From Octopus sinensis (taxonomy: Eukaryota): a stretch of 64,000 nucleotides of DNA. A program made the position numbers and the translations under genes. Numbering within the stretch: position 1 is the first letter of the stretch; the number at the start of each line of letters is the position of its first letter. Shown piece by piece: positions 26,480-40,206 of this stretch. The DNA lies in the NCBI RefSeq assembly GCF_006345805.1, contig NC_043013.1:30938001-31002000 (forward strand), in the 5' to 3' direction. The notes under the pieces were generated by a model that was given only the letters and a program-made list of their open reading frames with translations, made no database searches and was not told the DNA's origin.

Positions 26480-26716
26480 ACAGTAATCTGTGCAAGTTGC
26501 ATTTGGAGTTGTATAACTTCTCATTAGCGTTACCTTCTAATTTTGATAGAGGATGAAGTGTGTATGATGCATTGATTATTAAATTTTTATCGATCAGTTG
26601 CCTTTTCCTTTGTGTTTTGTATACAGAATTGTTTACGCTAGAGGGTAATCAATTGTCTTACCACAACTGATTCGCATTCAATATACTTACACACACACAC
26701 GTACACACACACACAC

Positions 26717-26769
<53 letters not shown>

Positions 26770-28029
26770 TATGTATATATATACAGATAGATAGATGTGT
26801 GTATATGTGTATATATACATGTATGTATGTATATTCTGAGGTGCTGAGCTCTGTTCAAAAATTCATTTGTATGTATATTTTTCCAGTATGTGTTATATGC
26901 TTGTTAACACAATACGCAATTTTGGTGCAACTTCCTTAATTACTTTGCTCCATCAAGATCCAGCTCTATAGAGTTTAATTTGCACAGTAATCCATATCAG
27001 TATTGTATCTCATTAGTCTCCATACCGTACGATTCCACATTATACCTGTATTCCAAACGTTTACCGTAACACTTCCGTTTAACAAATGATTTGTTTTATA
27101 GGGACATATTGCAATTAATTATCCGCCCAAGAACTCGTAGTGTTTAGGTGACAAGCATACGTTGTTCTAAGATGGATGCATTATCAAATGACATTAATGA
27201 CACAACAGAATCAATTTACATGGCATAATCCATCCGCTGCAAATTACCTGATATACGTTTCATAATATTAAACAGTTGGAAGCTCGGGTCCTATTAGGCA
27301 ACACACAAATACACAGTTGTGTAGTTTCGACAAGTCTTTAATGAGTTTACCAAATAAAGGTTTCAGCCTTACTTAGATTTTATGAATTACGACCTTTGTA
27401 TCTGTTCAGCATTTCATGCAACCCTAAGCATAATTCAGGCCAAAATACATGTAAAATACTTTATGATAAATAAACTGTGTGAAATCATGATGCTGATGAG
27501 CGCAACTGAGCGAATGAAGATCTTCGTTGCAATGAAATAACTTACCTATTTAAATCATGGTATTTTGAGAAATATAATCGCACCCATTCTCTAAAATACC
27601 ATCAATAAATAAGGCAAAATGAAAATGGAAATCATGACAGTACGTAGTGGTTTATAGCTGCAAACTAATGTCTAGTAAGCGCTGTACTAGGATGCAAGAA
27701 TAGATGTATGGCTGAACGATTCGCTTCGAAACCAAACTGCGGAATGCAATCAATTTATTCCTAATTTACGGCGTCGGATGACTAATGATTTGCGATGAAA
27801 ACTTCTACATGGATTCTATATATGGGAAACAACGTTATACAAACACACACATAAAAACACATGCACAGATACACACACAATACATACGCACAATCATATA
27901 CGCTTGCAATGTACGTATACATATATATGATATCATATATAGACCTGGAATATATTTCAATCTATACTAGCAATTGCATATCACCTCTTTATATAGGCTC
28001 TATTTAGCTGATATATATATAAATAAGTT

Positions 28030-28640
28030 ACATAGACTCTCGTGTACAGAATAGCGATAAATGTTTGGGTTTCGCGTATATGTTTGTTGGAGCAGTTTGA
28101 CAGTTCATAGATTTTGCTTTATAGTTGGCAGATTTGTAGTGGAGCTGTGAGTTATAGTGTCAGATTGAGGGATGAGCATGGAGTGATTCTTCAATACTTG
28201 GAGTAGTAGTGGTGGTGGAAATGTTAGCAACAGTAGAATAAGACAATAATGATGATGGATCTCTTGTGTTGTTCGGGGAAAGTGAGGAATTTGAATAGCT
28301 CTCCTGTGGAGTAGGGCTAGGGACTGTGGAGTTTAATAGATCATCAACTGTGCTAATGTTGAGGAGTGGTTGTGGGTTCTTACCTTGTTCTTGTTGCTGT
28401 TTAGTCTTGATAGTAGTATCAGAACATGCTCAGGGAGAAAGGATAGTTATTCACAGAAGTTGTAGATATAAAAGTATTTAAAGATGAGCCAGAGAAATCT
28501 GTAGATATGTGTCTAAGCTTATATTGATAGAAAATTTAAATACTCACAGGATATGGTAGATATTCCAGTCTTTTGAAAATTACTTTTCAGTTGTTCCACT
28601 TGGTTGTATTAGTGTTTCTGTGTCTTCGGTTGGTGACTGG
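28030..28640 (-). mobile_element. Possible decayed Penelope-like RT-thumb/linker fragment
   Basis: NQVEQLKSNFQKTG (compare EL..LK..F..NGYP), a low-complexity linker, then TFIAILYTR (compare YISIPY). Confidence 0.35.
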
Positions 28641-28950
28641 TCAGAGCAGTGAAGAACACGTCCGGCCGCTTTCTGTTCGAACTTAATGCATAAATTTGTA
28701 ATTTACGTAATGAGCACAAATGGAAGCAGCCGTAGAAAGAAATGATTATCAATTTATTAATAAATAAGTATTAACATTTAACTCTCCATTTTCTTCTCTT
28801 AAATCAATACAGATTATATGCTTAATATATATTTTAGGGACATTTTATTATCCAAAGACTTAAGGTCTAGAACCAATGTTTTCTTGGGTGTAACATTCCC
28901 TTTAAGAGGTTAATATATCTTCTGATTAAATTATACATATATATATATAT

Positions 28951-29038
<88 letters not shown>

Positions 29039-29144
29039 AATATATATAATATATATATATATATATATAACACACATAATATATATATATATATATAACA
29101 TATATATATATATAATATATATATATATATAACATATATATTCA

Positions 29145-29330
29145 AATCTAGTAAACGAGCATTAGAAATAACGATAACAAATAACAAGACGACGTGCACA
29201 TAGAATATATTAGTTTGACGCCCAGTACGAAGAGAGGGATTTTGACGTTTCGAGCATAGGTCTTCGTCGGAAATGAAAACGGAAGAGTCCGAAGAGTGAA
29301 AAAATTCACCACCGACATGTGTGTAGTTAC
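29145..29330 (-). mobile_element. Family H1 short element with minimal hammerhead variant (29240-29273)
   Basis: Minus strand TTT-CCGACGA-A-GACC-TAT-GCTC-GAAAC-GTC-AAA; abuts (TA)n. Confidence 0.68.
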
Positions 29331-30650
29331 TTCACTGAAGTAACGTTCCTTCACAAATGTTAAACCAGCTCATAGAGATTATATGGAAATCATTCCTTTA
29401 GTTGCTACACCTTTGCACCATTTTCACAAACCTTCATTGATAAAAACTGTGAATGCATTTCATTGAAATAGGTCCCCGTTCACAAAACCACAATAAACAC
29501 AACCTTAAAAATGTTATAAATAAATGAAAATTACTCAGAAAAATTGCTGGGAATATAATTTAAATGGAAATCAGGAATAAACGGCATCTGTAATAGTCTA
29601 TTTCAAAAATATATTAGATAGCCCAAGGTAAAGAGATTCAAACGTTTCGTGCTCCAGCAAGAAAACAAGAAGTCACATCCAGCAAATAAATGTTCGTTAT
29701 GCAGTTATAATAATTTGTGATCTATCAAATATTCGACCGACTTGACTGTCAGATTAGCTAACATACGGTGAATTCGCTGCTTCATTCATCAACCAAACGT
29801 GTCATGAACCATAATAAATTTGTGAATCGAAATGGAGGTACTTATCATCAGTTTCCTCGTGTATATATGATATATATGTGCTTGTGTGTGTATGTATATG
29901 TGATTGTAATTATTTGAGTGTGTGTGGGTATGTGTGTGTTTGTGTGTGTATTTGAGTGTGTGTGTGTGTGTGTGCGTGTGTGTGTGTGTGTTATTGCATG
30001 TTTATTGATGTCTTTACTACGTGTGAAATTGCAATCAGAATTAAGGTTAAATTTTCACCTCTTCTAAAACCCCCATTGTCACATAATGCAATATATGAAG
30101 CCTCATTAATACGGACTCTGGCGATAACGCAATAACGAATGTCAAATATAACCGATATCAAATTGAGAAAAAGTTATTGTTATTTCACATACTTCATTAC
30201 ATACGTTTCAATGATTAATAATCACTGGTATAACCTTGGATTATTTCATCAGAAAGCGGGTACCGAAATTATACAAAGCGATTGTAACACTGTCCACATA
30301 TACTTATACGAAAAATGATTTACACAGCAGTTAACTCGTGGACCAAACAGTCATCAAAAACACAGAAACATTGAATGGAGAATAAAAAAGCGTAAGAAAT
30401 TCAAAATATATTAGTGAAATTGAAAGAGTATGTAAAATATAAAAATAAAGATGAAAAAAAAACAACAAAAAAATACAAAGAACAAAAGAATGAAAGGATG
30501 AAGATAATTTGATAAATGAGGATTTAGAAAGCGAAGCATAAAAGAGAAATAAAGATAGATTAATAAGATAGCAAATAAAAGAGTTACAGACTATGAACTG
30601 CAAATAAGAATAAAGTTAACACAAAAGCGAAAATAAAGGAAACTGAACAC

Positions 30651-30705
30651 AAGGCGGTGCCCCAGCATGGCCACAGTCTAATGATTGAAACGAGTGAAAG
30701 ATAAA
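30651..30705 (+). mobile_element. Isolated SINE A/CR1-type 3' tail
   Basis: aaggcggtgccccagcatggccacagtctaatgattgaaac. Confidence 0.65.
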
Positions 30706-30974
30706 TAATGTAAATAAAACTTGGTGTATATATGTAAGTGAAGTCACGTGGCTTAGTGATTATGGCCGCTTTCATCAACTTAAACAAGGAGGCTGTCCAG
30801 ATGAGGCCATAGTTGAAGCCGATGGTGATTTTATTCAATAAATATACTCTTTAGTATTTCAAGATATCTTTAGGCAATTTTGGTAAATATATGTTAAAAT
30901 AAGATGTCAGTCACAATTCCATTTTACCGTAATTTAGACGACAATTCATTCACCGCACCTTGTATATATGTATA

Positions 30975-31021
<47 letters not shown>

Positions 31022-31069
31022 ATATCTATCTATCTATCTATCTATCAATTCATCTATCTATCCATCTAT

Positions 31070-31118
<49 letters not shown>

Positions 31119-31253
31119 AATTTATCTATCTATCCATCTATTTATCTATTTATTTATCTATCTATCTATCTATTAATTTATCTATCTATCAATCTATCTA
31201 TCTATCTATATATCTATATATCTATCTATCAATTTATCTATCTATCCATCTAT

Positions 31254-31350
<97 letters not shown>

Positions 31351-31560
31351 AATTTATCTAACTATCCATCTATTTATCTACCTATCAATCTATCTATCTA
31401 TCTATTTATCTATCTATCAATCTATCTATTTATCTATCTATCTATCTATCTATCTATTTATCTATTTACCTATATATCTATCTATCTATCTATCTATGTA
31501 TCTACCAATCAATCAATATATCTGTCTATCTATCTATATATATATATATCTATCAATCTA
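30975..31560. repeat. Long degenerate (TATC)n/(GATA)n microsatellite
   Basis: Direct reading; source of the SIYL ORFs. Confidence 0.95.
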
Positions 31561-31735
31561 TCACACTGCTACATATGGGTGTCCTCTTAAAAAGAATCAA
31601 GCAATATAACGGCCTATTTTCTCTTAATTCAATACTGCTTGAAAGTATGTGTATTGCGATTCTCAGCAAAAATGTTACAAATTACTATAATCTTTTTGTT
31701 GGGAAGAATATGCATGCAAGTAATTACTGTTAATT

Positions 31736-31821
<86 letters not shown>

Positions 31822-31828
<7 letters not shown>

Positions 31829-32030
31829 TACCTCCTGCGTACCGTTGGCGATTTTTTCCCTCTGTCTTCCCTTCTCTGGATCTTTCCTTCTCCTATGTTT
31901 CCGACGAAGAGCTCCGCTCGAAACGCTAAACCCTCTATCTTTCCTTCTTTCCTGATCGTCCAATAATACTATATTTCTTCCACGTCCTCGCGTTTTTGTG
32001 TTTTTTTGTGCTTTCCTGTTTGGATTAACT
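31822..32030 (+). mobile_element. Family H1 short element with minimal hammerhead variant (31897-31931)
   Basis: GTTT-CCGACGA-A-GAGC-TCC-GCTC-GAAAC-GCT-AAAC; (TA)n on both sides. Confidence 0.72.
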
Positions 32031-32134
32031 ATATATATATATATATTTGATTTTTTTTTTGATTTTCCAGTTTCAGCTAATGAGCTGTGGCCATGCTGGG
32101 GCACCGCCATTGAACTTATATATAAGTTCAGCAA

Positions 32135-32286
32135 AAATTTAGATTCAAATGAATATGGTATTTAATTTAGACGCCCAGAATTCTGTATGGTGTTACCCAT
32201 AAAAATCCTTGGGGTGATTATAATCAAAATATGCAACAAGAATGACGTACCAAATTACCGAAGTCATTCTTGTTGCTTATTTTGAG
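32135..32286 (-). mobile_element. Fold-back 3'-terminal remnant related to the pLTR of the 12.3-15.4k element
   Basis: 32150-32244 aligns to the reverse complement of ~15291-15390; hairpin arms 32224-32246 and 32263-32285 (1 mismatch). Confidence 0.72.
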
Positions 32287-32320
<34 letters not shown>

Positions 32321-32380
32321 TTATATATACGTATATATATATATATATACGTATAATATATATATATACGTATATATATA

Positions 32381-32412
<32 letters not shown>

Positions 32413-32837
32413 GCATGTATGTATGTACCTATATATATATATAGGCATTCGTATATACAAATATATATCTATATATATAGCTGAGGTGTGTTCTGTTAAG
32501 AACGCATAAGTGTACAAATAGAGCTCGTTCACTCTTAGAATTTCCAAATAGCCAGTAGTATTTTTCTGTTGTAGCATTGAAATCTAGATTTACTGATGGA
32601 GACAGCAACTGAGTATCGCCTGAGGATATACATATACATATAGATCTTCTTATACAGGTAAATGATTACATAATTTAATTTAAACTTAACTTTAAATCCT
32701 GTATATACGATGATCTGTATGTAGCGATTGTAGTGATTAGAAAGCTGCCTAACCGTACTTACTCTTCCTTTTGACTCTTTTATTTTTTTTATTTTTTACT
32801 TTATGTATAAGAAATATATACATATAGGCATACATAT

Positions 32838-33250
32838 AGGCGCAGGAGTGGCTGTGTGGTAAGTAACTTGCTAACCAACCATATAGTTCCGGGTTCAGTC
32901 CCACTGCGTGGCACCTTGGGCAAGTGTCTTCTGCAATAGCCCCGGGCCGACCAATGCCTTGTGAGTGGATTTGGTAGACGGAAACTGAAAGAAGCCTGTC
33001 GTATATGTGTATATATATATATAAGTGTGTGTGTATATGTTTGTGTGTCTGTGTTTGTCCCCCTATCATTGCTTGACAACCGATGCTGATGTGTTTACGT
33101 CCCCGTCACTTAGCGGTTCGGCAAAAGAGACCGATAGAATAAGTACTGGGCTTACAAAGAATACGTCCCGGGGTCGATTTGCTCGACTAAAGGTGGTGCT
33201 CCAGCATGGACGCAGTCAAATGACTGAAACAAGTAAAAGAGTAAAAGAGA
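32838..33250 (+). mobile_element. Full-length tRNA-derived SINE family A (CORE-like domain, CR1-like tail)
   Basis: A box TGGCTGTGTGG, B box GGTTCAGTCC, CORE-like ACCTTGGGCAAGT, tail ggtgctccagcatggacgcagtcaaatgactgaaac. Confidence 0.9.
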
Positions 33251-33529
33251 GAAAGAGTAATACGCTTATATATATATATATAAATATGTATATGTATGTA
33301 TCTTTATGTGTGTATGTATATATATATTTATATACATACATGCTTATATATATATATATATATATATGCATTCCTTTATATATATGCACATATATATATA
33401 CTTATAAACTTACCTGAATATACATATATACACACACATGAACGCACACGCACCCACACACATATGCAGTTAGATATATATATATATATTGATAGGTAGA
33501 TAGATAGATAGATACAGAAAGAGAACAGA

Positions 33530-34800
33530 GGAAACAATCAGAGATTTCTTTTACAGGATTAAGGAGTTCATTACAGTCATAATATTAAAGACATACAATT
33601 TTGTTCTTTCAGCATAATTCAAGTAAGAACCGGTTTCACATTGCTCGTGAAGCTAAGGGTTGAAAATAGACATATCATGAGGAGGAGGACATATTACAGG
33701 GGGAGATAATTATTTACTCATTATTTTACTGTAAAGGGGAGGTGAATCTGTAATTTTTATTTTGTGTCTGTATTTTATTTGGCTAATATCTTTAAGAAGA
33801 AGGGGCTAGTCTTTCATTTTTAATATGAGTTCATATTTAATTCTGATTTATAATTTTGGATAAATAAGGTTTCTTTGTTCAGTCTTACTTGTGCTGAAAT
33901 CCAGAGCATGTTGATAAAATGGGAAAATTACGAGTTGTGGTTGTAATCATTCTGTACATTCGTCAATGTTTTGCCTGAGACATATTTGGCGATATGGTAG
34001 GGTGATATTTTGGGGTGAGTATTTTGGAGTATGTTTACAATATATTTTAGGCGCAACACATACAGCTGTCAATTGATATTTTTGTAAGTTTTAAGACAAT
34101 CAATAAAAATATACAGACGTAGTTTCTTGGTGATAATCATGTCGTATTTGCTGCCCCATCCCCTATATTTTCTGGACTTAACTACGATATCCCAGTTTAA
34201 ACGGTGTTATCCATGTACTTCGATAAATATGTCTTTTATTCTTGCCTCTGAAAGGAGTCAGGTATGGTATCTCTCCTTGAATGTGTTGTCTGCAATTCCT
34301 ATGCGAGATTTATGTTCTGTTCAAGCTGATCATGTACACCAGCTCTTCATACAGACAGACATTTTTGAATGGTTGTTTATCGAAGAATCTACAAATACAA
34401 AAGCTATGGCATCAAGTTCCTATTGTTGTAATTCTTATTACAATACAAAATAAACAAAGTATATTGAGGTGGCGTATTTCTATTTAATATTTCGTGATAT
34501 CAATTTGAAAGTGGCAAGTGAATATCTATGAGGTTCGGAAATTCTCTCGCTGAATGTGCAGCCACATTCATGTCGTATGGAGGATTAAACCATAATATTT
34601 CCTTTTCTCTTGGCCAAGCTAAAATTATTTCAATATATGTAATACTAATTCTTAAATTCTTTTGTGACGTTATATCTTGTACTTGCCTTTTTGTTAGTTA
34701 TTTTATCAAATGATGAGTTGAAAACATGAAGGCTAAAGTTGTTAAATGATTTTTAATTATTAACAGTGGATTGTTTGTAACTTTGTCAAGATAGAAGTTG
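33530..34800 (-). mobile_element. Decayed Naiad-type Penelope-like element (thumb plus GIY-YIG region, apparently duplicated)
   Basis: Minus strand FYLDKVTNNPLLIIKN, EILWFNPPYDMNV..REFPNLIDIHLP..YHEILNRNT, LVY..IGIADNTFKERYH, LNWDIVVKSRKY, and downstream NELLNPVKEISDC. Confidence 0.78.
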
Positions 34801-34911
34801 TCCGCATTAGACATATAAGCCAAACCCTCCATGGAACAACGCTTCTAAAGATCATGTCCAACCATCAACAAAACGCATGAGGGCCCATATGTATACATGT
34901 ATATGGGTGTC

Positions 34912-34950
<39 letters not shown>

Positions 34951-34993
34951 ATGTGCATACATTACATATACATTACACATACACACATATATA

Positions 34994-35046
<53 letters not shown>

Positions 35047-35058
35047 ATATATATATAA

Positions 35059-35404
35059 AGGGTAAAGACCCCCTTCGGTCATGAGTGACCATGGGTTTGC
35101 ACCTAGAGAGTTACCCTCTGAGGCACAAGTCCGGGCAAGGTTTTTATATGGAAGACCAGTAGTCGCCCATGCATACCGGCCTCCCCTCTCCACGCCACCA
35201 GTGTTATCCAAGGGAAAGACAAAGGTCGATACAGCTTGGCACCCGTGACGTCGCAACTCATTTCTACAGCTGAGTGAACTGGAGCAACGTGAAATAAAGT
35301 GTCTTGCTCAAGAACACAACCACGCAGCCCGGTCCGGGATTCGAGCTCACAACCTCACGATCGTAAGCTCGACGCTCTAACCACTGAGCTATGCGCCTTC
35401 ACCT
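35059..35404 (-). mobile_element. tRNA-derived SINE family D
   Basis: Minus head ggcgcaTAGCTCAGTGGttagagcg..gagcTCGAATCCcgg, then gtgttcttgagcaagacactt; embedded in (TA)n. Confidence 0.85.
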
Positions 35405-35429
35405 GAGCCATGTATATATATATATATAT

Positions 35430-36248
35430 ACTAGCAGTATTGCCCGGTTCGTGCGCTCGTGCGTTCTATGCACGCGCGAATTAAGCTAAACTTGGATGAA
35501 GTTCAATCAAAATTCAATTATTTTGGTTTCAAAATCAAGCGCTTAATGCCCTCTATTTTTGCGCTCATGTTTTCCATTTCCTCAAGAGGAAGTACGTAGG
35601 AGCGTTTCACAAATTTTTGTTGATCAAATAATTGCATTGTTGAATTATTCTTTTAGATTAGTATTTCTCAACGGGGATTTCAGGGGAGAGTTTCAGTGAG
35701 TCGCTGGCGATATATCGTGATGATCAAAAATCCGGCCAGCTAAAATTTGGTTAAAGTGATTCAAACTGCAGACTCAACGCAAAATGGTCACATTTAATTC
35801 AAAGCGTTAAAAATGTTATCAAAACAATTGGTATGTATGTGTTCACAAAGTCCAAACGATTAATACGAAAAAAACCCTCCAGGCTACATCCCGAAAATTC
35901 ATTTCTTTGCCGAACTTCTACAATGTTTACGGCAATTCGTTTTTATATCTTGATTTTTTTTATATTTTTCATGCAATTTACGCATGCTTGCACGCGTGGT
36001 GAACACAGTTCACGTCAAACAGCGGACTGAGTAAAGTTCACTATTCAATGCATGGGATAAGGCCTAAACAAATACATTATCGATTTTTACACTTGCGAGA
36101 TTAATTTCGGAACAGAAATAGCGCAGTTCAATTTTCGTTCGCCTAAACTTTAAGTGAGCCATTTTTGGTGGTTCTACGATTTGTTGGCTAGGAGGAGATG
36201 TGCCGGGAATTTAAGCACAGACACACACACAGATACACACAAGTTGAG

Positions 36249-36260
<12 letters not shown>
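35430..36260 (+). mobile_element. Helentron-associated (HINE/DINE-1-like) non-autonomous element
   Basis: Starts ACTAGCAGTATTGCCCGG; ends with an ACAG/AC microsatellite then gagttatatata; TA flanks. Confidence 0.5.
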
Positions 36261-36282
<22 letters not shown>

Positions 36283-37232
36283 CATACAAAAACGTCCATC
36301 GAAAATTTGACTTGCAATTAAATGCGAGTCTATTTAATTAACTTTAGACTCGTTTATCAAAATTTCGATACTACACTCTCCGCTGGCACGAATTTCGACC
36401 TTGCCTACGTTCTAATATACACGTCCTTTATATGAAGCTGACAAATATCAATAAGCAATAATTGAACGCTTAAATTTCGATATGAGCAGATTGATATATC
36501 AAGAAATTATACCACAATTTCAGACCAATAAGGATACTAATTTCTGGATTTGTTCAATTAACAAAGAAGCACATCACGAAACAGTGTTCGTATGGAAATG
36601 AACAATGAAAATAAAGATTTTGTTGCTAAAAATATCCCGGGACTACATGATAAATATGAGATCCGAAGAACATAGAAATTACAGATATTGAAGCATAATA
36701 AAGAATGACAGCTAAGATGTTTTCAGACGCTAAGAACAAGACAAATTAAATCTCTCTTTTCGGGGAGGGGATAACAATTACCAAAAGATAACATGAATAA
36801 TAGAAGCACACACCAATACACATGAACACATACCGTATATGCTGAAATTTACAGAGCTACATATGGATCCACACACACTCACACACACACACACTCAAAT
36901 ATATATATATATTGGAGTATATATATATATATATGCGTGCGTGTGTGTCTGTATCAATATATACATATATATGTACATGTGTTTTTACCTACATATACAT
37001 ACTTATACGTAAATACTTATGTAAATATGTATACATACATATACAAATATATATATATGATGTAGATAGATAAATAGATATACACTTCCATGCATAGTTA
37101 TATATATACGTGCGTAAGTGGTTAGTGACTCGTGCAGGCAAAAATATATTTTTCCAGGTATATACAATCATGATTTTTCTTGACATACACAAACTGTCCA
37201 GAAACTAGTATATTCATAATCTGTTTTCATTA

Positions 37233-37234
37233 GA

Positions 37235-37298
<64 letters not shown>

Positions 37299-37451
37299 CA
37301 TATATATATACATATATATACATATATATATATACATACACACATATATATATGTATATATATATACGCATATATACATATAAATATATGTATATATATA
37401 TATATACGCATATATATATATATACGTATATATATATATATACATATATAT

Positions 37452-37485
<34 letters not shown>

Positions 37486-37529
37486 CATATACGCATATAT
37501 ATACACTTATATATACATATAAACACATG

Positions 37530-37567
<38 letters not shown>

Positions 37568-37570
37568 CAC
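37233..37570. repeat. (TA)n-derived microsatellite
   Basis: Direct reading. Confidence 0.9.
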
Positions 37571-37864
37571 ACTTACCTGCATACAGAACTAAACGCTCGT
37601 ACAAAACATACACACGGATTTATATATGTGTGTATAATCAAAGTACTAACCTTCGAGTTCATTGTCTCAGTAAGGTACAACGAATTACTGTTTAACACAT
37701 TTACTCTCTCTGAAGCATCATGTATTACAAGAGCATAGGGCTTTCTAAGCACCCTAAATTAGGGACGCAACTATCGTGGACTGATAAAGTGAGCTCTGGA
37801 TCAATACGATCGAATCAAATTCATTTTAATGTGATGGCGCAAGGAAATTCTAAACATGAATATT

Positions 37865-38081
37865 CTTGTCTACTCTCGGCCCAAGGCCCGGATTTTGGAT
37901 ATTGGGGCCAGTCGATTAGATCGATTCCTGTATGCAACCGGTACTTAATTTATCAACCCCGAAAGTATGAATGACTAAGTCGACCACGGCGGAATTTGTA
38001 CTCAGAAGGCCAAGAGATTCGAAATACTGCTAAGCAATTCGCCCGGCGTGTTAACATTTGTGCCATCTCGATGCCTTAGTT
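37865..38081 (-). mobile_element. SINE family B with 14-bp TSD
   Basis: TSD TAAACATGAATATT at 37851-37864 and 38082-38095. Confidence 0.82.
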
Positions 38082-38474
38082 TAAACATGAATATTATAAA
38101 GATTCAGATATCAGTGTAAGAAGTAAATTGGATAGATCAATCGAATAACAATCTGATCTGAAACGCAATTTTATAATCAAGCTAAAGGTGTCAAGAAAGT
38201 GTTAAATATGTAAATTAAAACACAGATTAATTTAGCAGCAAAAATGAAGATTTTATAAGTAGTTTGTGAAGAAGCAAGTAAACTGCACAGCTGCTGGCGC
38301 CAGCGAATCTTCAGATGTGAAATGAGTGCCATAGAAAGCGCAAATTTTACGGCTAAAATTTTAAAGTTATATTCCATTGTAAATTTTAGAAATGAAAGAA
38401 ATTACTGTTAACGCACAAATAATTTTATATATGTGTGTGAGTGTGTGTGTCTGTGTATGAGGTGTGTGTGCATG

Positions 38475-38515
<41 letters not shown>

Positions 38516-39081
38516 GCATTTCTTTTATAGAAATGTATTTCTACATAGGCATATTTATACACACATACACAAACACACACACTTTCACATACACACACAC
38601 ATCTCTCTCTACAGTCAAATATATGTGCGTGTTTATAGTTTGGGAAGTCAAAAACTATGTGCATTCTTGCCAAAACCTCTTTTAGGTTGACTGCACTTAT
38701 TCCGGCGTTTGCCTGATGAAAGGTAGCTCTCTTGTTACACAGACTAGGTTTGACTTTCGCTGCTTCAGTTTCCTTACAGAGTAAACGTGGCCGCTCCCCA
38801 AGCAGCGTGAACCAAAGAAGAAAGCGGTTCAGTGATTCGATTTCTCTGTTCTAAAACTGTGTCATAAACTGAAATTGATCGCAGTTTCTCATTTCAATGT
38901 CGGTTCAGTGCTCTACCATTTATTTTTATGTGTGAATCAAGAAATCTTAAAATGGCCGTACAAGCATGAAGCACGAGGAGGAAGCAGGATTTCCATTAAT
39001 CTCCACCGCTGCATCAGGCTCACAGATGATTCTGGCGGAAAGGGGAGGGGCCAGTTATGAGAAGGCATATTCTCTGCAAAT

Positions 39082-39128
<47 letters not shown>

Positions 39129-39489
39129 GGTAGATATATGCATATTCTCTGCAAATTAGCTACGGTCCGGTAAAGTAAGTGCGTGATGTTGCCAAGATAG
39201 ATTAGCTAAGATCATAAACGGAAACGTGTGGAGATCTGTCAAAGCTAACTCGACCACTACAAGAATCAAATAAAGCTGTTTTGAAGAGAATACCCGCAGG
39301 ATTTAAGGCCTGGATTTATCTCTTTGAGCCAGAATCCAAAGTGTATGGTGTGATGTTACTTAGTGAAAAATAATTCAAGACACTTCTGCAAAAAATAGAT
39401 GTTAATCGTTTTGGAGGATGCACAAGGGCATATACTGGAAGATTATCTGAAATCTTGGGTTCAGTGATCAGTGTAAGCTTCTGTGAAAT

Positions 39490-40206
39490 GATGGCCAACA
39501 AAATGAATACAGCAATTAGCAACAAACGACAATCTTCAAAGCAAGTGTTACTGTTTCACGACAGCGCATACCTACTTACATATATCCACACCATTGAAGC
39601 CATTGAAAAATATGCCTTCTAGTTGCTATAACACGCTGTATATAGTTTCAAATCTCGCCCCTTTTGACTATCCTACATTTGAGCGTTTACACATCCTTCA
39701 GGAGGTGGTCAATTTGCTGCGAATGAAGAAACGCACGAAGAAGTACACAAAAGACTGTGCGACCAAAGAAAAGCTCATCAGATGGAGTGAGCAATCTTAT
39801 GGACCGTTTGTAGAAGTGCATCAAAAAATGTAGAAATGTTATGTTATCGTTCTGAGGAGGCGCAATGGTTCACTGGTTAGGGCAGCTGACTCACGGTCGG
39901 AGGATCGCGGTTTCGATTCCCAGACAGGGCGTTGTGTGTGTTTATTGAGCGAAGACACCTAAAAGCTCCACGAGGCTCCGCCACAACTTTCTCTCACTCT
40001 CTCTTCCTGCTTCTTGAGTAACGCTGCGAAGGACTGGCTTCCCCTCCAGCTGGGGGGAACACGTAGGCCACAGAAACCGGGAAACCGAGCCCATGGGCCT
40101 GTCTAGGCTTAAAAGGGCGTCGTTTATCGCTATCGTTCTACCTCTGCTTGTGTTTTAATAAATTACAAAAACAATAGTACATATAACCTTTGACTTAGCC
40201 TCCTAC
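39490..40206 (+). mobile_element. Decayed mariner (DD34D-like) 3' half, interrupted by SINE C
   Basis: VLLFHDSA (compare HDNA), NLAPFDYPTF (compare DLAPSDY.LF); TIR-like end aacctttgacttagcctccta. Confidence 0.6.
39854..40130 (+). mobile_element. SINE family C with TSD
   Basis: TATCGTTCT at 39845-39853 and 40131-40139. Confidence 0.85.

Noticed and set aside
27494-27545. CTGATGA-GCGCAAC..GTTGCAAT-GAAA motif
   Set aside because: No stem I pairing and no PLE or TA context.
32575-32657. Exon-like segment with AG acceptor and GTAAAT donor
   Set aside because: Stops in all three frames; cannot be supported without transcripts.
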